Assembly: GCA_039799905.1 (NCBI GenBank)
Contig: JBDLRP010000027.1
Coordinates: 1-56,040 of the forward strand
Reading direction: 5' to 3'
DNA: 56,040 nt
Source of the DNA: Pseudomonadota bacterium
GTDB lineage: Bacteria; Bdellovibrionota_B; Oligoflexia; Silvanigrellales; Silvanigrellaceae
Shown here: positions 46,116 to 55,536 of the stretch, in pieces
How positions within the stretch are numbered: the first letter of the stretch is position 1
Layout: each line of letters opens with the position of its first letter
Made by a program: the position numbers and the translations under genes
Notes under the pieces: model-generated
Seen by the model: only the letters and a program-made list of their open reading frames with translations
The model's database searches: none
Told to the model about the DNA's origin: nothing

Positions 46116-48373
46116 TTCGACATCCGCACAGATGAGAGTTCGGTCGTCTCGGGCTTGTTGTGCAAGTCTCCGAGAGTTCGCAGAGCATCCCTCAGGCGCG
46201 AGGGTTGAGCATTTTCCAGACGGGCAAAATCAATCAGCCGCTCCTGCGAGCGAAAACTCTTTGCGCGGATCGGCACATTCTGCACATAGGTACCATCGCT
46301 TCTCATCACATGCGATTTACAGTTGTCGCGCAGGCTGTGCGACAAGACTTCGACAACCTTTGCCTTGAGATGCTCCTCTTCGACAGGCCAGACAACCTCA
46401 ACGCGCTTGTCCATATTGCGCGGCATAAAGTCGGCACTGCCGAGAAAAATTCTTGGCTTTCCATCGTTGCGAAAATAGAAAACACGGGAATGTTCAAGAA
46501 ATCTGTCAATGATCGACACCACCCGGATGTTCTCGGAAACTCCCGCCACGGCCGGCCGGAGAACACAGACCCCACGAACAATCAAATCCACCCTGACCCC
46601 CGCGCAACTTGCTTCATACAACGCGCGGACGAGTGTCTGATCTGTCAAGGAATTCATTTTCAGGACAATATGACCGCCGCCCTTATCTTTGTGCAGGCGG
46701 ATTTCCTCACGGATCAACTCCAGAAAGAAGTTGCGCAAGCCAAATGGCGCAACCTTGATCATGGCAAAATCCGACCAGCCGTGCAGACGGGACAATTTCG
46801 ACTCCGAGGCGAGCAGATTGAATCCGGTGAGCAGATTGAACAGCTTTGCCAGATCGCTGGTCAGCGCATCGTTTGCGGTCAGCATGCCGAAATCAGTATA
46901 TAGACGCGATGTGCTGCTGTTGTAGTTGCCAGTCGAAACGTGCGCATAACGCTGCAAATGCTGGCCCTCGCGGCGGATGATCAATGCGCACTTCGCGTGA
47001 GTCTTGAGGCCGACGAAACCAAACACGACATGTGCGCCTGCGCGTTCAAGACGCCTCGCCCAAGCAATATTATTGACCTCATCAAAGCGCGCCTTCAATT
47101 CAACGACCGCGGTCACCTGCTTTCCTTGTTCAGCGGCCTTCACGAGCGCATCGATGACCGGCGAGTCACCACCAATTCTGTAGAGCGTCTGCTTGATAGC
47201 GAGCACATTGGGATCCTCGGCAGCCTTGCCGAGGAACTCGAGGACGCTCGAAAAACTTTCATAGGGATGATGAAGGAGAATGTCTCGCTCACGGATGACA
47301 TCAAAAATATCTCGTTCCTCACTGAGGCGGTGGTTCATCTTTGGACTGAACGGGGCATCTCTCAGGCTTGCACGAAATTCCAGCTTGGTGAGTGACATCA
47401 GATCGCGCAGATTGAGAAGACTCGGACATTCGTAAACGTCGCCAAGTTCAAGCTCCAATTGGACACGCAGGCGAGAACGGAGCCTTTCTGGCATCCCCTG
47501 CTCAACCTCCATGCGCACGACAAACCGCTGTGCACGGTCCTTCAACTCGAGCTCAATCGACTTCATCAAATCTTTCACTTCGCCTTCGAGCAACTCGTAA
47601 TCAAGATTTCGCGTCACCCGAAAAACATAGGCATCCTCGACTTCACTCCAGGGAAATAACTTTCCAAGGTGACGCCGGATAACATCTTCTATGGCAACAA
47701 ACCGGTGCTCGCGTGCACGTGAGGGAACGCTCATGAAGCGCGAAAGTTTTGGAGGGACCTCGACAAATGCGAGTAGTGGTTCGCCGTTGTCTCCCAGTTC
47801 TTTGAAGGTCACCGCAATATACAACGACAGGTTTGACAGAAACGGAAACGGGTGTGCCTGATCGACCGCCAGTGGAGTAAGAATGGGAAATATCTGATCC
47901 TCAAACGCCTGATCAAGCCTCTCCTGTTCGCTTTTATTCAGGTCGTGAACGCGCAAGAGCGAAACGCCCTCGTCGTGCAGCAGTGGAAGAAAGCTACCCT
48001 GAAAAGTTGCGTATGCCCGCTTCAGCTGACGGCGGATAAAGATTGAAACCTCGTCGAGGGTTTCCTCAACATCGATTCCCGTCTGTGGCTGTTTGGACAA
48101 CGTCTGACCCGACTCCTGATTCTCCAAAAGCTTGAACAGACCTGAGAGTCGGACCATAAAAAACTCGTCGAGATTTGAACTGAAGATCGACAAGAACTTG
48201 ATCCGCTCGACCAGGGGAGTGTCGCGATTCTCGGATTCGCGCAAAACGCGATCGTTAAACGTGAGCCAAGCCAATTCCCTGTTGAGATACAACTCGGGAT
48301 CATCCAGCGGACGAACCGGCAACTTGGTTTTCGCTCGTTTTGAGCTTCGGCTGAGGCGCGAATTCGTATTCAC
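46112..48373 (-). CDS. ppk1: Polyphosphate kinase 1
   Basis: NRELAWL, SNLDEFFMVR, HPFPF, HHPYESF, KARFDE, TGNYN, RFLEHSR, SADFMPRN; GGAGG before GTG 48373 (alternative ATG 48394). Confidence 0.97.
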   Translation of the reverse strand: MNTNSRLSRSSKRAKTKLPVRPLDDPELYLNRELAWLTFNDRVLRESENRDTPLVERIKFLSIFSSNLDEFFMVRLSGLFKLLENQESGQTLSKQPQTGIDVEETLDEVSIFIRRQLKRAYATFQGSFLPLLHDEGVSLLRVHDLNKSEQERLDQAFEDQIFPILTPLAVDQAHPFPFLSNLSLYIAVTFKELGDNGEPLLAFVEVPPKLSRFMSVPSRAREHRFVAIEDVIRRHLGKLFPWSEVEDAYVFRVTRNLDYELLEGEVKDLMKSIELELKDRAQRFVVRMEVEQGMPERLRSRLRVQLELELGDVYECPSLLNLRDLMSLTKLEFRASLRDAPFSPKMNHRLSEERDIFDVIRERDILLHHPYESFSSVLEFLGKAAEDPNVLAIKQTLYRIGGDSPVIDALVKAAEQGKQVTAVVELKARFDEVNNIAWARRLERAGAHVVFGFVGLKTHAKCALIIRREGQHLQRYAHVSTGNYNSSTSRLYTDFGMLTANDALTSDLAKLFNLLTGFNLLASESKLSRLHGWSDFAMIKVAPFGLRNFFLELIREEIRLHKDKGGGHIVLKMNSLTDQTLVRALYEASCAGVRVDLIVRGVCVLRPAVAGVSENIRVVSIIDRFLEHSRVFYFRNDGKPRIFLGSADFMPRNMDKRVEVVWPVEEEHLKAKVVEVLSHSLRDNCKSHVMRSDGTYVQNVPIRAKSFRSQERLIDFARLENAQPSRLRDALRTLGDLHNKPETTELSSVRMSK

Positions 48374-48481
48374 GAAATCCTCCCTGCAAGGCATGACCTC
48401 TCGGGAGCTTAGAACAAAGTTCGAGAGCAGCGCTCAGACCTGTTTTTCATGCCATGACTCCAGCACGGAAAATCCTTCACC

Positions 48482-48997
48482 TCATTCGGAAGGACGCGGA
48501 AGATAGGCAACAAGTTCAGCAACCGGACGTTCGGTTTCGACATCCCTGACCTTCAGCCATGCAATTGATGCCTTGCGAAATGGTCTCAGGACCAGACCCA
48601 AGTCGGCTGAAATCAAGGCAATGAGCCTCTCAATGTTGGGATTGTGTCCGACAACCCAGATGGCACGGTTGCGGCTCTCTGCGGCTGCCTCTTTGTTGGC
48701 ATCCGCCAGAATCAACTCCCACGCCTTTCTGACTGACCCTTCTGGAGAAAAATTGTAATCTCGGACGACGCGCAATGTCAGTCCTTCCAAAACACGTTCC
48801 AAGGTTTGCTCAGCGCGCTCGTAGCCACTCGTAAAAACCACGTCCGGCACTGGCAGAGACATAACCTTCCGCAGTCTTCCAAGACTGTTTGCTTCGCGTT
48901 GTCCGCGCGGAGTCAGAGTCCGCTGGGAATCATCGCCAAAAAGCGAGCCGTCTTCGGCCTCCGCATGCCTGACGAGCAGAAGTTGAATCGTTGCCAT
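48482..48997 (-). CDS. sixA: Phosphohistidine phosphatase SixA
   Basis: LVRHAEA, RTLTPRG, RAEQT, VVGHNP; GGAG before ATG 48997. Confidence 0.88.
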   Translation of the reverse strand: MATIQLLLVRHAEAEDGSLFGDDSQRTLTPRGQREANSLGRLRKVMSLPVPDVVFTSGYERAEQTLERVLEGLTLRVVRDYNFSPEGSVRKAWELILADANKEAAAESRNRAIWVVGHNPNIERLIALISADLGLVLRPFRKASIAWLKVRDVETERPVAELVAYLPRPSE

Positions 48998-49001
48998 GGA
49001 A

Positions 49002-49946
49002 TTAAACTCCGAAAAAAGTCCGCGCAGCGCCGACGTCACTCTGTATCTGCTCTCGCAGCTGTTCAAGACCCGAGAATTTCATTTCCGTACGAATAAATCT
49101 CCGCACACAAAATGTGATTTTCTTTCCGTAAAGATCGCCCGAGTAATCCAAAATGTGGGTCTCAATCTGCAGACGCAGTCCGGATGCAATCGTCGGGCGG
49201 ACTCCACAGTTCATGACGCCGTGGCGGGGTGTGAGTTCGTCCGGAAGAAATACTTCCACAGCATACACACCAAAAGGCGGCAAAAGTGGAAGCTCCTGCT
49301 CCAAACCGAGGTTTGCAGTCGGAAAACCAATCAGTCTGCCGCGTTGATCACCTTGCACCACAATGCCCGACAGTGAATAGGGGCGTCCCAAAAGTTTCTC
49401 GACGAGAGGAAAATTCAGTGCGTGAACGGCTGTCCTGATCCGTGACGACGACACGGGACCGCCATCCACCAGCATGACATCTGCACGTTTGGCTTCAAAG
49501 CCGAATTGCGTCGCCGCCTGAGTGAAGTGGTTCCAGTCACCGGTCCTGCCGGCGCCGTAACAGAAATCAAATCCTATGACTGCTTTCCTTACGGAAAACT
49601 CCTGCAGCAAATATTTCGAAATAAAATCATCAGCCGACAAGCGCGCAAATGTCTCGTCAAACTTCTGAACGACAACGGCGTCGACACCAAGCTCGAGAAG
49701 CAGATTGATTCTTTCACTCAACGGTATGACGGACGGCTTTCCGTTCGAAGGAAGGAGCACATGAGATGGGTGTGGGTCGAACGTCAGTGCCAGCAGCGGC
49801 AAGCCATCCGAAAATTCTTTCAGTGTTTGAATCACACGGCGGTGTCCAAGGTGCACTCCATCAAAATTGCCGATAGTCAGCGCAACGGGCAAACGCGATC
49901 CCACCAAATCTTGTCGTCCGTGTACTGAAAAATCCCAATCAGACAT
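49002..49946 (-). CDS. ribF: Bifunctional riboflavin kinase/FAD synthetase
   Basis: IGNFDGVHLGH, TFDPHP, VSSSRIR, GFPTAN, GVY, IETHI; ATG overlaps the glyQS stop. Confidence 0.96.
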   Translation of the reverse strand: MSDWDFSVHGRQDLVGSRLPVALTIGNFDGVHLGHRRVIQTLKEFSDGLPLLALTFDPHPSHVLLPSNGKPSVIPLSERINLLLELGVDAVVVQKFDETFARLSADDFISKYLLQEFSVRKAVIGFDFCYGAGRTGDWNHFTQAATQFGFEAKRADVMLVDGGPVSSSRIRTAVHALNFPLVEKLLGRPYSLSGIVVQGDQRGRLIGFPTANLGLEQELPLLPPFGVYAVEVFLPDELTPRHGVMNCGVRPTIASGLRLQIETHILDYSGDLYGKKITFCVRRFIRTEMKFSGLEQLREQIQSDVGAARTFFGV

Positions 49947-52900
49947 GCCCTGCAACCTGAACGAGTGAAAAGTCGGCAACGTTGTCGTAAAGACGACGCA
50001 CTCTCAACAACAAGGCCAGCCGGTTCTGGCGGATCTTGTGATCTGCGGCGTTGACGAGAACCTTATCAAAAAAATTGGCCATCGGATGGCGCAATTCGGC
50101 CAAAATTCCCAAATAGCGATCGCAAGCATTGCTCTGCAGAAGATCATGGCCATCTGCCTCGGCTCTCTCCAAAGCCTCAAAGAGCGCCTTCTCCTCGTCT
50201 TCGACAAAATGATTTGTCTCAATCGCGGGATTGTCGCCGTTGCGCAACATTTCTTCGGTCAGTGTGCGACATCGCTTGTAAGGAACCATGGCCAAGGCCA
50301 ATGGCGCTCCTCCTCCCCGTTCATCGCGCACAAGAGCCAAACTTGTCGCTTTAACCCAATCCAAGGACGACGAAACACTTTGACTCGCCAAACGGGCACA
50401 CACAGCTTCCACCGCACCGGCATCATATTGCGTTCGCCAAAGAGCCTTCAAGCGTGCCAGCGTGAATTGAAAGACTTTGTCTTCAGTATCGGCCGACAGT
50501 GTCATTCCAAACGACTGCGCCACCTGAACAACCAATCGAAGACAATCCGACAGACTCAAGGCAACCGCCGGTTTTGCTCCATCCGCTCCGAGCAAGCGCA
50601 AAATCGCAAGAGCAGTGCGGCGCAGGGCAAAGGGATCCTTATTGCCTTTGACATCGGTTCCGTGTCCTACAAGAACGACCAACGAGTCGAGCTTGTCCGC
50701 GAGGCTAACAATCATTCCCAGATCACTGCGCGGCAACTCCGCTGTCGCTCCGGAAGGCGCATAATGCTCAGCGATAGCGTTTGCCACGACTGCTGAATTT
50801 TCGGCAAAGAGTTTTTGCTCACGAACCAAAATGCCGCCCATCAAGCCCTGCATTTCATCGGGAAATTCCTGTACACAGCCCGACTTCAAATCAGCCTTGC
50901 AATACAAGCCGGCCATCTCGGCGGCAGCGACAAAGTCTGCGGAGGTATCGGAACGCGTCTCGGCAAACATGCGGGCAAGTTTGCTGACACGCATGGATTT
51001 GTCTTTCAAAGAGCCCATGCCCGCCTGAAACAATTGCGATTCGAGCTTCTCGTAGAATTGATGCAGAGGCGTGCCAAGATCGCCATCGAAATAGAATGCA
51101 CCGTCGTCGAGTCTCCCCGATACCACGGTCGCCGTTGCTTCGATCATGCTGTCCATGCGTGAACAAGGATAACCAGCGACACCGATGTAGTAAGGCATCG
51201 CCACTCCGCTGCGCGCGTCGACCACAGAAAGATAGTTCATGTGTTCGCGCAGCACGCTCGTAATGAGACGCTCGGGAAGTCGCATGAAGCGCTCTGGGAT
51301 CTTGCCCAGAAACACCTGCGGAGACTCGCTCAGCCCGGCAACCTTTTCTATCAGTCCCTCCATTCCCGAGGGCAGGGATCCGCCAATCGAGTCTGCCAGC
51401 TTCTGAGCCTGCCCGAGAATTATGTTGATACGCTGCTGACGCGACGGCTCAACATCGAGATTGGCGAGTACGTGCAGATAATCCCGAGCATGGTTCAAGT
51501 GAACCGGATGGGGATGAAGAATTCGCTGGCCGTAAGTGTGACTTGCAGCTTTGATGCCAAACGCCGACAGATCAATCACTTTGTCATTCGCCAAGGCACA
51601 GAGCCAACGCACTGGACGCACAAATGGTGTGGCATTTTCCTCGACAATCCATTTCATCTTGAGTCCGGCTTCAATGTTCTGACACCAGCCGATAAATTCT
51701 TTACCCAAAATTGCAGGTAAATCGCCGCCCGTCTCGCTCTTTTGCGCATACAAAAAGATGCCGTCGGGACGCTCCCGCCACTCCAACGCCTGAACTTCAA
51801 TTCCCTGTTTTTTTGCGAATCCGATTGCAGCAGGAGTCAAGCTACCGTCCGCAGCGCGTGCAATCTTTTGGGCCGGACCCCAAAACTCACGCACGACAGA
51901 GGGCTCACGCGCCGGAAGACCGTCGCACAGAAGAGTGAGCCGCCGTGCAGACACCAACAAATTAGCCTCAATTGCAGAAACCTTTTGCACAAATTCCGGC
52001 ACACTGGCGAAACGCTGAAGACAACTCTTTTTCCACTCAGAAAATGCGGAAGAAAGCTGTTCATAAGCAGCCGTCTGAAATGACGGCGGCATTTCCTCAA
52101 CACCAAGTTCAACGCACAGAGAGACTCCGCCGTTGTTTGCTTCCGTTGCGTCAACGGCGGTACCGGACTTGCTCACAACCTGCGCAGGTTGAGCAGGACT
52201 CTGAACACTGGAGAAAGGCAGACGCGGATCTGCAGGCAGACGCTTCATCATTGGATAGCCGAGCTTCTCACGCTCTGCGCAGTAGGCAGCTGCACACAGT
52301 CGGGCACATTCACGCACACGCCCGATATACCTCTGCCGCTCGCTCACAGAGATTGCTCCGCGTGCATCAAGAAGGTTGAATGCGTGCGATGCCTGCAGAA
52401 CGTAATCATATGCCGGAAGAACAAGGTTGACGGCACACAATTCCTTCACATTTTCCTCGCAGAGTGCGAACAGCGAATACAACTGCGTAACGTCGGCATT
52501 TTTGAAGTTGAAGTGCGAAAACTCAAACTCGTTCTGCCGGAAGATGTCGCCATAGGAAAAATGATCATTGTAGGGAATATCGAGCGCGCTCTTCAGGCCA
52601 GTTGCGTACATGTACAACCGTTCAAGGCCATAGGTGATCTCGCCCGAAACGACGTCCAAATCGAGGCCGCCGAGCTGTTGGAAATAAGTGAACTGCGTGA
52701 CTTCTTGACCATTCGCTCTCACTTCCCAGCCAAGGCCCCACGCGCCGAGTGTCGGCCCCTTCCAGTCGTCTTCGAGCAGCGATATGTCATTCTCCTGCAA
52801 TCGGATCCCAATATGCTCCAAGGAACGCAGAAAGACATCGACAATGTCGGCAGGCGCGGGCTTCAGAAAAACCTGCAGCTGATAGTAGTGCTGAAAGCGA

Positions 52901-53109
52901 TAAGGGCTCTCGCCATAGCGCCCATCGACGGGCCGGCGGCAGGGCTGCACGTAAACGCTTCGCCACGGCTCAGGCCCAAGGCCCTTGAGGAAGGTATGCG
53001 GATGAAATGTGCCTGCCCCCATAGCCGCATCGTAGGGCTGGGACCAAAGGCAACCAAACTTGCCCCAGTAGTCGATCAAGCTGAACACAAAACTCTGAAA
53101 ATTCTGCAT
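49939..53109 (-). CDS. glyQS: Glycine--tRNA ligase with alpha and beta subunits fused in one ORF
   Basis: Alpha motifs GAGTFHP, RRPVDGRYG, GAWGLGWEV, EITYGLERL; beta motifs ELGVEEMP, FVRPVRW, KADL, ADKLD, DPFALRR, NRLALL; no internal stop. Confidence 0.95.
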   Translation of the reverse strand: MQNFQSFVFSLIDYWGKFGCLWSQPYDAAMGAGTFHPHTFLKGLGPEPWRSVYVQPCRRPVDGRYGESPYRFQHYYQLQVFLKPAPADIVDVFLRSLEHIGIRLQENDISLLEDDWKGPTLGAWGLGWEVRANGQEVTQFTYFQQLGGLDLDVVSGEITYGLERLYMYATGLKSALDIPYNDHFSYGDIFRQNEFEFSHFNFKNADVTQLYSLFALCEENVKELCAVNLVLPAYDYVLQASHAFNLLDARGAISVSERQRYIGRVRECARLCAAAYCAEREKLGYPMMKRLPADPRLPFSSVQSPAQPAQVVSKSGTAVDATEANNGGVSLCVELGVEEMPPSFQTAAYEQLSSAFSEWKKSCLQRFASVPEFVQKVSAIEANLLVSARRLTLLCDGLPAREPSVVREFWGPAQKIARAADGSLTPAAIGFAKKQGIEVQALEWRERPDGIFLYAQKSETGGDLPAILGKEFIGWCQNIEAGLKMKWIVEENATPFVRPVRWLCALANDKVIDLSAFGIKAASHTYGQRILHPHPVHLNHARDYLHVLANLDVEPSRQQRINIILGQAQKLADSIGGSLPSGMEGLIEKVAGLSESPQVFLGKIPERFMRLPERLITSVLREHMNYLSVVDARSGVAMPYYIGVAGYPCSRMDSMIEATATVVSGRLDDGAFYFDGDLGTPLHQFYEKLESQLFQAGMGSLKDKSMRVSKLARMFAETRSDTSADFVAAAEMAGLYCKADLKSGCVQEFPDEMQGLMGGILVREQKLFAENSAVVANAIAEHYAPSGATAELPRSDLGMIVSLADKLDSLVVLVGHGTDVKGNKDPFALRRTALAILRLLGADGAKPAVALSLSDCLRLVVQVAQSFGMTLSADTEDKVFQFTLARLKALWRTQYDAGAVEAVCARLASQSVSSSLDWVKATSLALVRDERGGGAPLALAMVPYKRCRTLTEEMLRNGDNPAIETNHFVEDEEKALFEALERAEADGHDLLQSNACDRYLGILAELRHPMANFFDKVLVNAADHKIRQNRLALLLRVRRLYDNVADFSLVQVAGHV

Positions 53110-53377
53110 ACATCACCTTCATTTGGGCGCCTGCGGGCAGCCGAATGACAACACTTTAGTCCACTCGCACCGCCGCCGTCCGCCCGCCGAGTCAATGAAC
53201 CGACAGAGCTGAGAAAGTAGGCTCACACGAGCAGCAACAACTGCCGATATTCCCAACATACGCTAATCCAATGCGAGCGGAAAAAATGCAATGAAACACA
53301 CAAAAGAAAGTAATGAAAAGACCGCTCAAAGACACTCGCAGTGCAACAAAAAACACCGCGAAGGCAAAAGACCGCTC

Positions 53378-53683
53378 ATGCAAACACTGGCACTCGGGTT
53401 GGCCATGTGCACAGGCCTATTGGGCCTCAAGCACGCACAAGCACACGGCTTCAATGCCAACCATGTCGACATTGTAAAAACCTTCGGACGAAAATACCGC
53501 GTGATCATAAAATACACGCACGTGGAACTCGGTGAATACCGTGAAGCACACATTGACTTCGACAAAAAAGACGACGCCATCAAAGCCTTTCAAGACCTCG
53601 CAAAAGGGGCAGACTTCTTTTTGGGTGACGTGAAAAACTCAATTCATTTTCACAACCCACCAGAGACCAGTGCACCACTTTGA
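53378..53683 (+). CDS. Small secreted hypothetical protein
   Basis: Signal peptide ending AQA; alternative start 53291. Confidence 0.6.
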   Translation: MQTLALGLAMCTGLLGLKHAQAHGFNANHVDIVKTFGRKYRVIIKYTHVELGEYREAHIDFDKKDDAIKAFQDLAKGADFFLGDVKNSIHFHNPPETSAPL

Positions 53684-53725
53684 GCGCGCTGCTCTTCCGG
53701 CAAAAGACCCTTTGCCAACTTGGAC

Positions 53726-53757
53726 AAAAAAAAGCCCGGCAATCGCCGGGCTCTCTT
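53726..53757 (-). terminator. Intrinsic terminator of the rpmI-rplT-tRNA-rplS unit
   Basis: Minus strand AGCCCGGC-GATT-GCCGGGCT followed by a T-run. Confidence 0.88.
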
Positions 53758-53779
53758 ACCATCAGTAAAGCAGCAGAAC

Positions 53780-54175
53780 TTACACGCTGCTCTCAGGCGC
53801 ACCAAGGAAACGGCTCGTAATGCGAGCAGCTTTACCCTTGAGCTTCTTGATGTAATAAATGCGCGATTTACGGACTTTACCGCGCGCCTTGACGTCGACA
53901 CGGTCAATAAGCGGCGAATGCGCAAAGAACGTTCTGTCAACGCCAATGCCGCCAGCCGAAATCTTGCGAACCATGAACGTACTGTTTGTCGTTCCCTTGC
54001 GGTAACGAATCACAGTGCCTTCGAAGGCCTGAAGACGGAATTTTGCCGAACCGTCCTTGTTTGTGCCTTCCGCAATTTTCACCCACACGGATACCGTGTC
54101 ACCGGCGCGAAACTCCGGCAGAGATGTCTTGCGGAGAAACTTCGATTCAAAAAGAGCCAAATCTGGATGCTTCAT
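53780..54175 (-). CDS. rplS: 50S ribosomal protein L19
   Basis: PEFRAGDTV, RLQAFEGTVI, FMVRKIS.GIGV, GKVRKSRIYY, GKAARI. Confidence 0.97.
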   Translation of the reverse strand: MKHPDLALFESKFLRKTSLPEFRAGDTVSVWVKIAEGTNKDGSAKFRLQAFEGTVIRYRKGTTNSTFMVRKISAGGIGVDRTFFAHSPLIDRVDVKARGKVRKSRIYYIKKLKGKAARITSRFLGAPESSV

Positions 54176-54238
54176 ATCAACACCTAACCCACGAGAGAGG
54201 AACCTAAAGGGACTTCACGGTATCTCAGTGAGAGAAAA

Positions 54239-54316
54239 TGGTCGGGGCGACAGGATTCGAACCTGCGACCTCTTGCACCCCAAGCAAGTGCGCTAGCCAA
54301 GCTGCGCTACGCCCCG
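54239..54316 (-). tRNA. tRNA-Pro(GGG)
   Basis: Acceptor CGGGGCG/CGCCCCG, anticodon arm CTTGC-TT-GGG-GT-GCAAG, GTTCGAAT T-loop, encoded CCA. Confidence 0.97.
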
Positions 54317-54346
54317 ACAGACCAAACACAAAACACTCAAAAAAAC

Positions 54347-54706
54347 TTACTTCGCGAGAACGGTCTTCACCTTCTCAACCACAGCAGTGAAAGCTGCGGC
54401 GTCGTGAATCGCCAGTTCAGAGAGCTGCTTACGGTTGAGTCCAACCTGGGCCTTCTTAATGCCATTCATGAACTTGCTGTAAGGCAAGCCGTGAGCGCGC
54501 GATGCCGCGTTCAAGCGGGCAATCCACAGCGAACGGAATTCGCGTTTCTTAACCTTACGGTCGCGGTATGCATACTCAAGACCTTTGCGTACGATTTTGA
54601 CCGCAACGCGATAGGTTTTGGAGCGGGATCCGCGGTAGCCCTTGGCGAGCTTCAAGATCTTCTTGTGACGACGACGGAGTTTAAAACCACGTTTGGCGCG
54701 AGCCAT
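54347..54706 (-). CDS. rplT: 50S ribosomal protein L20
   Basis: [50 protein letters not shown]. Confidence 0.98.
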   Translation of the reverse strand: MARAKRGFKLRRRHKKILKLAKGYRGSRSKTYRVAVKIVRKGLEYAYRDRKVKKREFRSLWIARLNAASRAHGLPYSKFMNGIKKAQVGLNRKQLSELAIHDAAAFTAVVEKVKTVLAK

Positions 54707-54781
54707 TTGAACCTTCCTTTCCTCGATAACCGGAGCCCTCACATGAGGGGCTTAGCAGTCCGGGATACCGGTTGAGACGAA

Positions 54782-55048
54782 TTAAAGACCGCTGTTTGGC
54801 AAGCAGCGCTTGACCAACAACATATTTTCAGCACGCATAATCTTCGCCTTTTTAAGACGGTTCTTACGCGAACGAGACTTTTGTCCCGTCAAATGCTGTT
54901 TGCCCTGATGAGGAACTTTTACCTTGCCAGTTCCTGTGACCTTGTAGCGCTTGGCAGCAGCGCGCTTTGTCTTAATTTTCTTGCTGGACGGTGCTTTTTT
55001 TCCACCGGCAGCACGGATCTTGATTGTCCGTTTTTTTGGCTTTGCCAT
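54782..55048 (-). CDS. rpmI: 50S ribosomal protein L35 with N-terminal extension
   Basis: KIKTKRAAAKRYKVTGTGKV..H L35 core; directly upstream of rplT. Confidence 0.93.
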   Translation of the reverse strand: MAKPKKRTIKIRAAGGKKAPSSKKIKTKRAAAKRYKVTGTGKVKVPHQGKQHLTGQKSRSRKNRLKKAKIMRAENMLLVKRCLPNSGL

Positions 55049-55092
55049 ATGGTTGCCCTTTACTCAACATTACACGGTTAAACAGAGCGGCC

Positions 55093-55120
55093 CTTATAGC
55101 ACGCAATACGCACCATGCAA
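55093..55120 (-). promoter_or_regulatory. Putative sigma70 promoter of rpmI operon
   Basis: TTGCAT-N16-TATAAG with extended TG. Confidence 0.55.
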
Positions 55121-55140
55121 GGGTTTTAGCGCATACTTTA

Positions 55141-55173
55141 AAAACAAAAAAAGAGGCTGAAAATCAGCCTCTT
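55141..55173 (-). terminator. Intrinsic terminator downstream of tRNA-Lys
   Basis: Minus strand AAGAGGCTGA-TTT-TCAGCCTCTT followed by a T-run. Confidence 0.85.
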
Positions 55174-55223
55174 CATTAGTCCTTAATCCAGTCGTACATC
55201 AGAGATGTAGAAGAGAGAAAAGA

Positions 55224-55299
55224 TGGTGAGCCCGCCCGGACTCGAACCGGGGACCAAAAGATTAAAAGTCTTTTGCTCTACCAACTGAGCTACGAGCCC
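55224..55299 (-). tRNA. tRNA-Lys(TTT)
   Basis: Anticodon arm AAAGA-CT-TTT-AA-TCTTT, GTTCGAGT T-loop, encoded CCA. Confidence 0.97.
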
Positions 55300-55312
55300 C
55301 ACCAGAATCCCG

Positions 55313-55341
55313 TACCTAATATCGTGATGAACTACTGTCAA
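55313..55341 (-). promoter_or_regulatory. Putative sigma70 promoter for tRNA-Lys
   Basis: Perfect TTGACA-N17-TAGGTA, 13 nt upstream of the tRNA. Confidence 0.55.
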
Positions 55342-55489
55342 CAGGATCAAGGGCGATCATTTAATATTTCTTTCATCTGCTTTTCTCCTGAGTTTCTTGC
55401 ACCGTCAAAGGGAAAGAACTGGCCCCTGAAAAAACACAATTTGAATCTTCTTTGCGCAAGAATAATCCAAACTCGACAATAAAAAAAAA

Positions 55490-55526
55490 CAAAAAAAATC
55501 CCCGAAGGATAACTCCCTCGGGGATT
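55490..55526 (-). terminator. rRNA operon terminator
   Basis: Minus strand AATCCCCGA...TCGGGGATT stem followed by a long T-run, just after 5S. Confidence 0.85.
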
Positions 55527-55536
55527 CAGAATAAAA

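Noticed and set aside
53720..54187. 155-aa plus-strand ORF
   Set aside because: Antisense shadow of rplS
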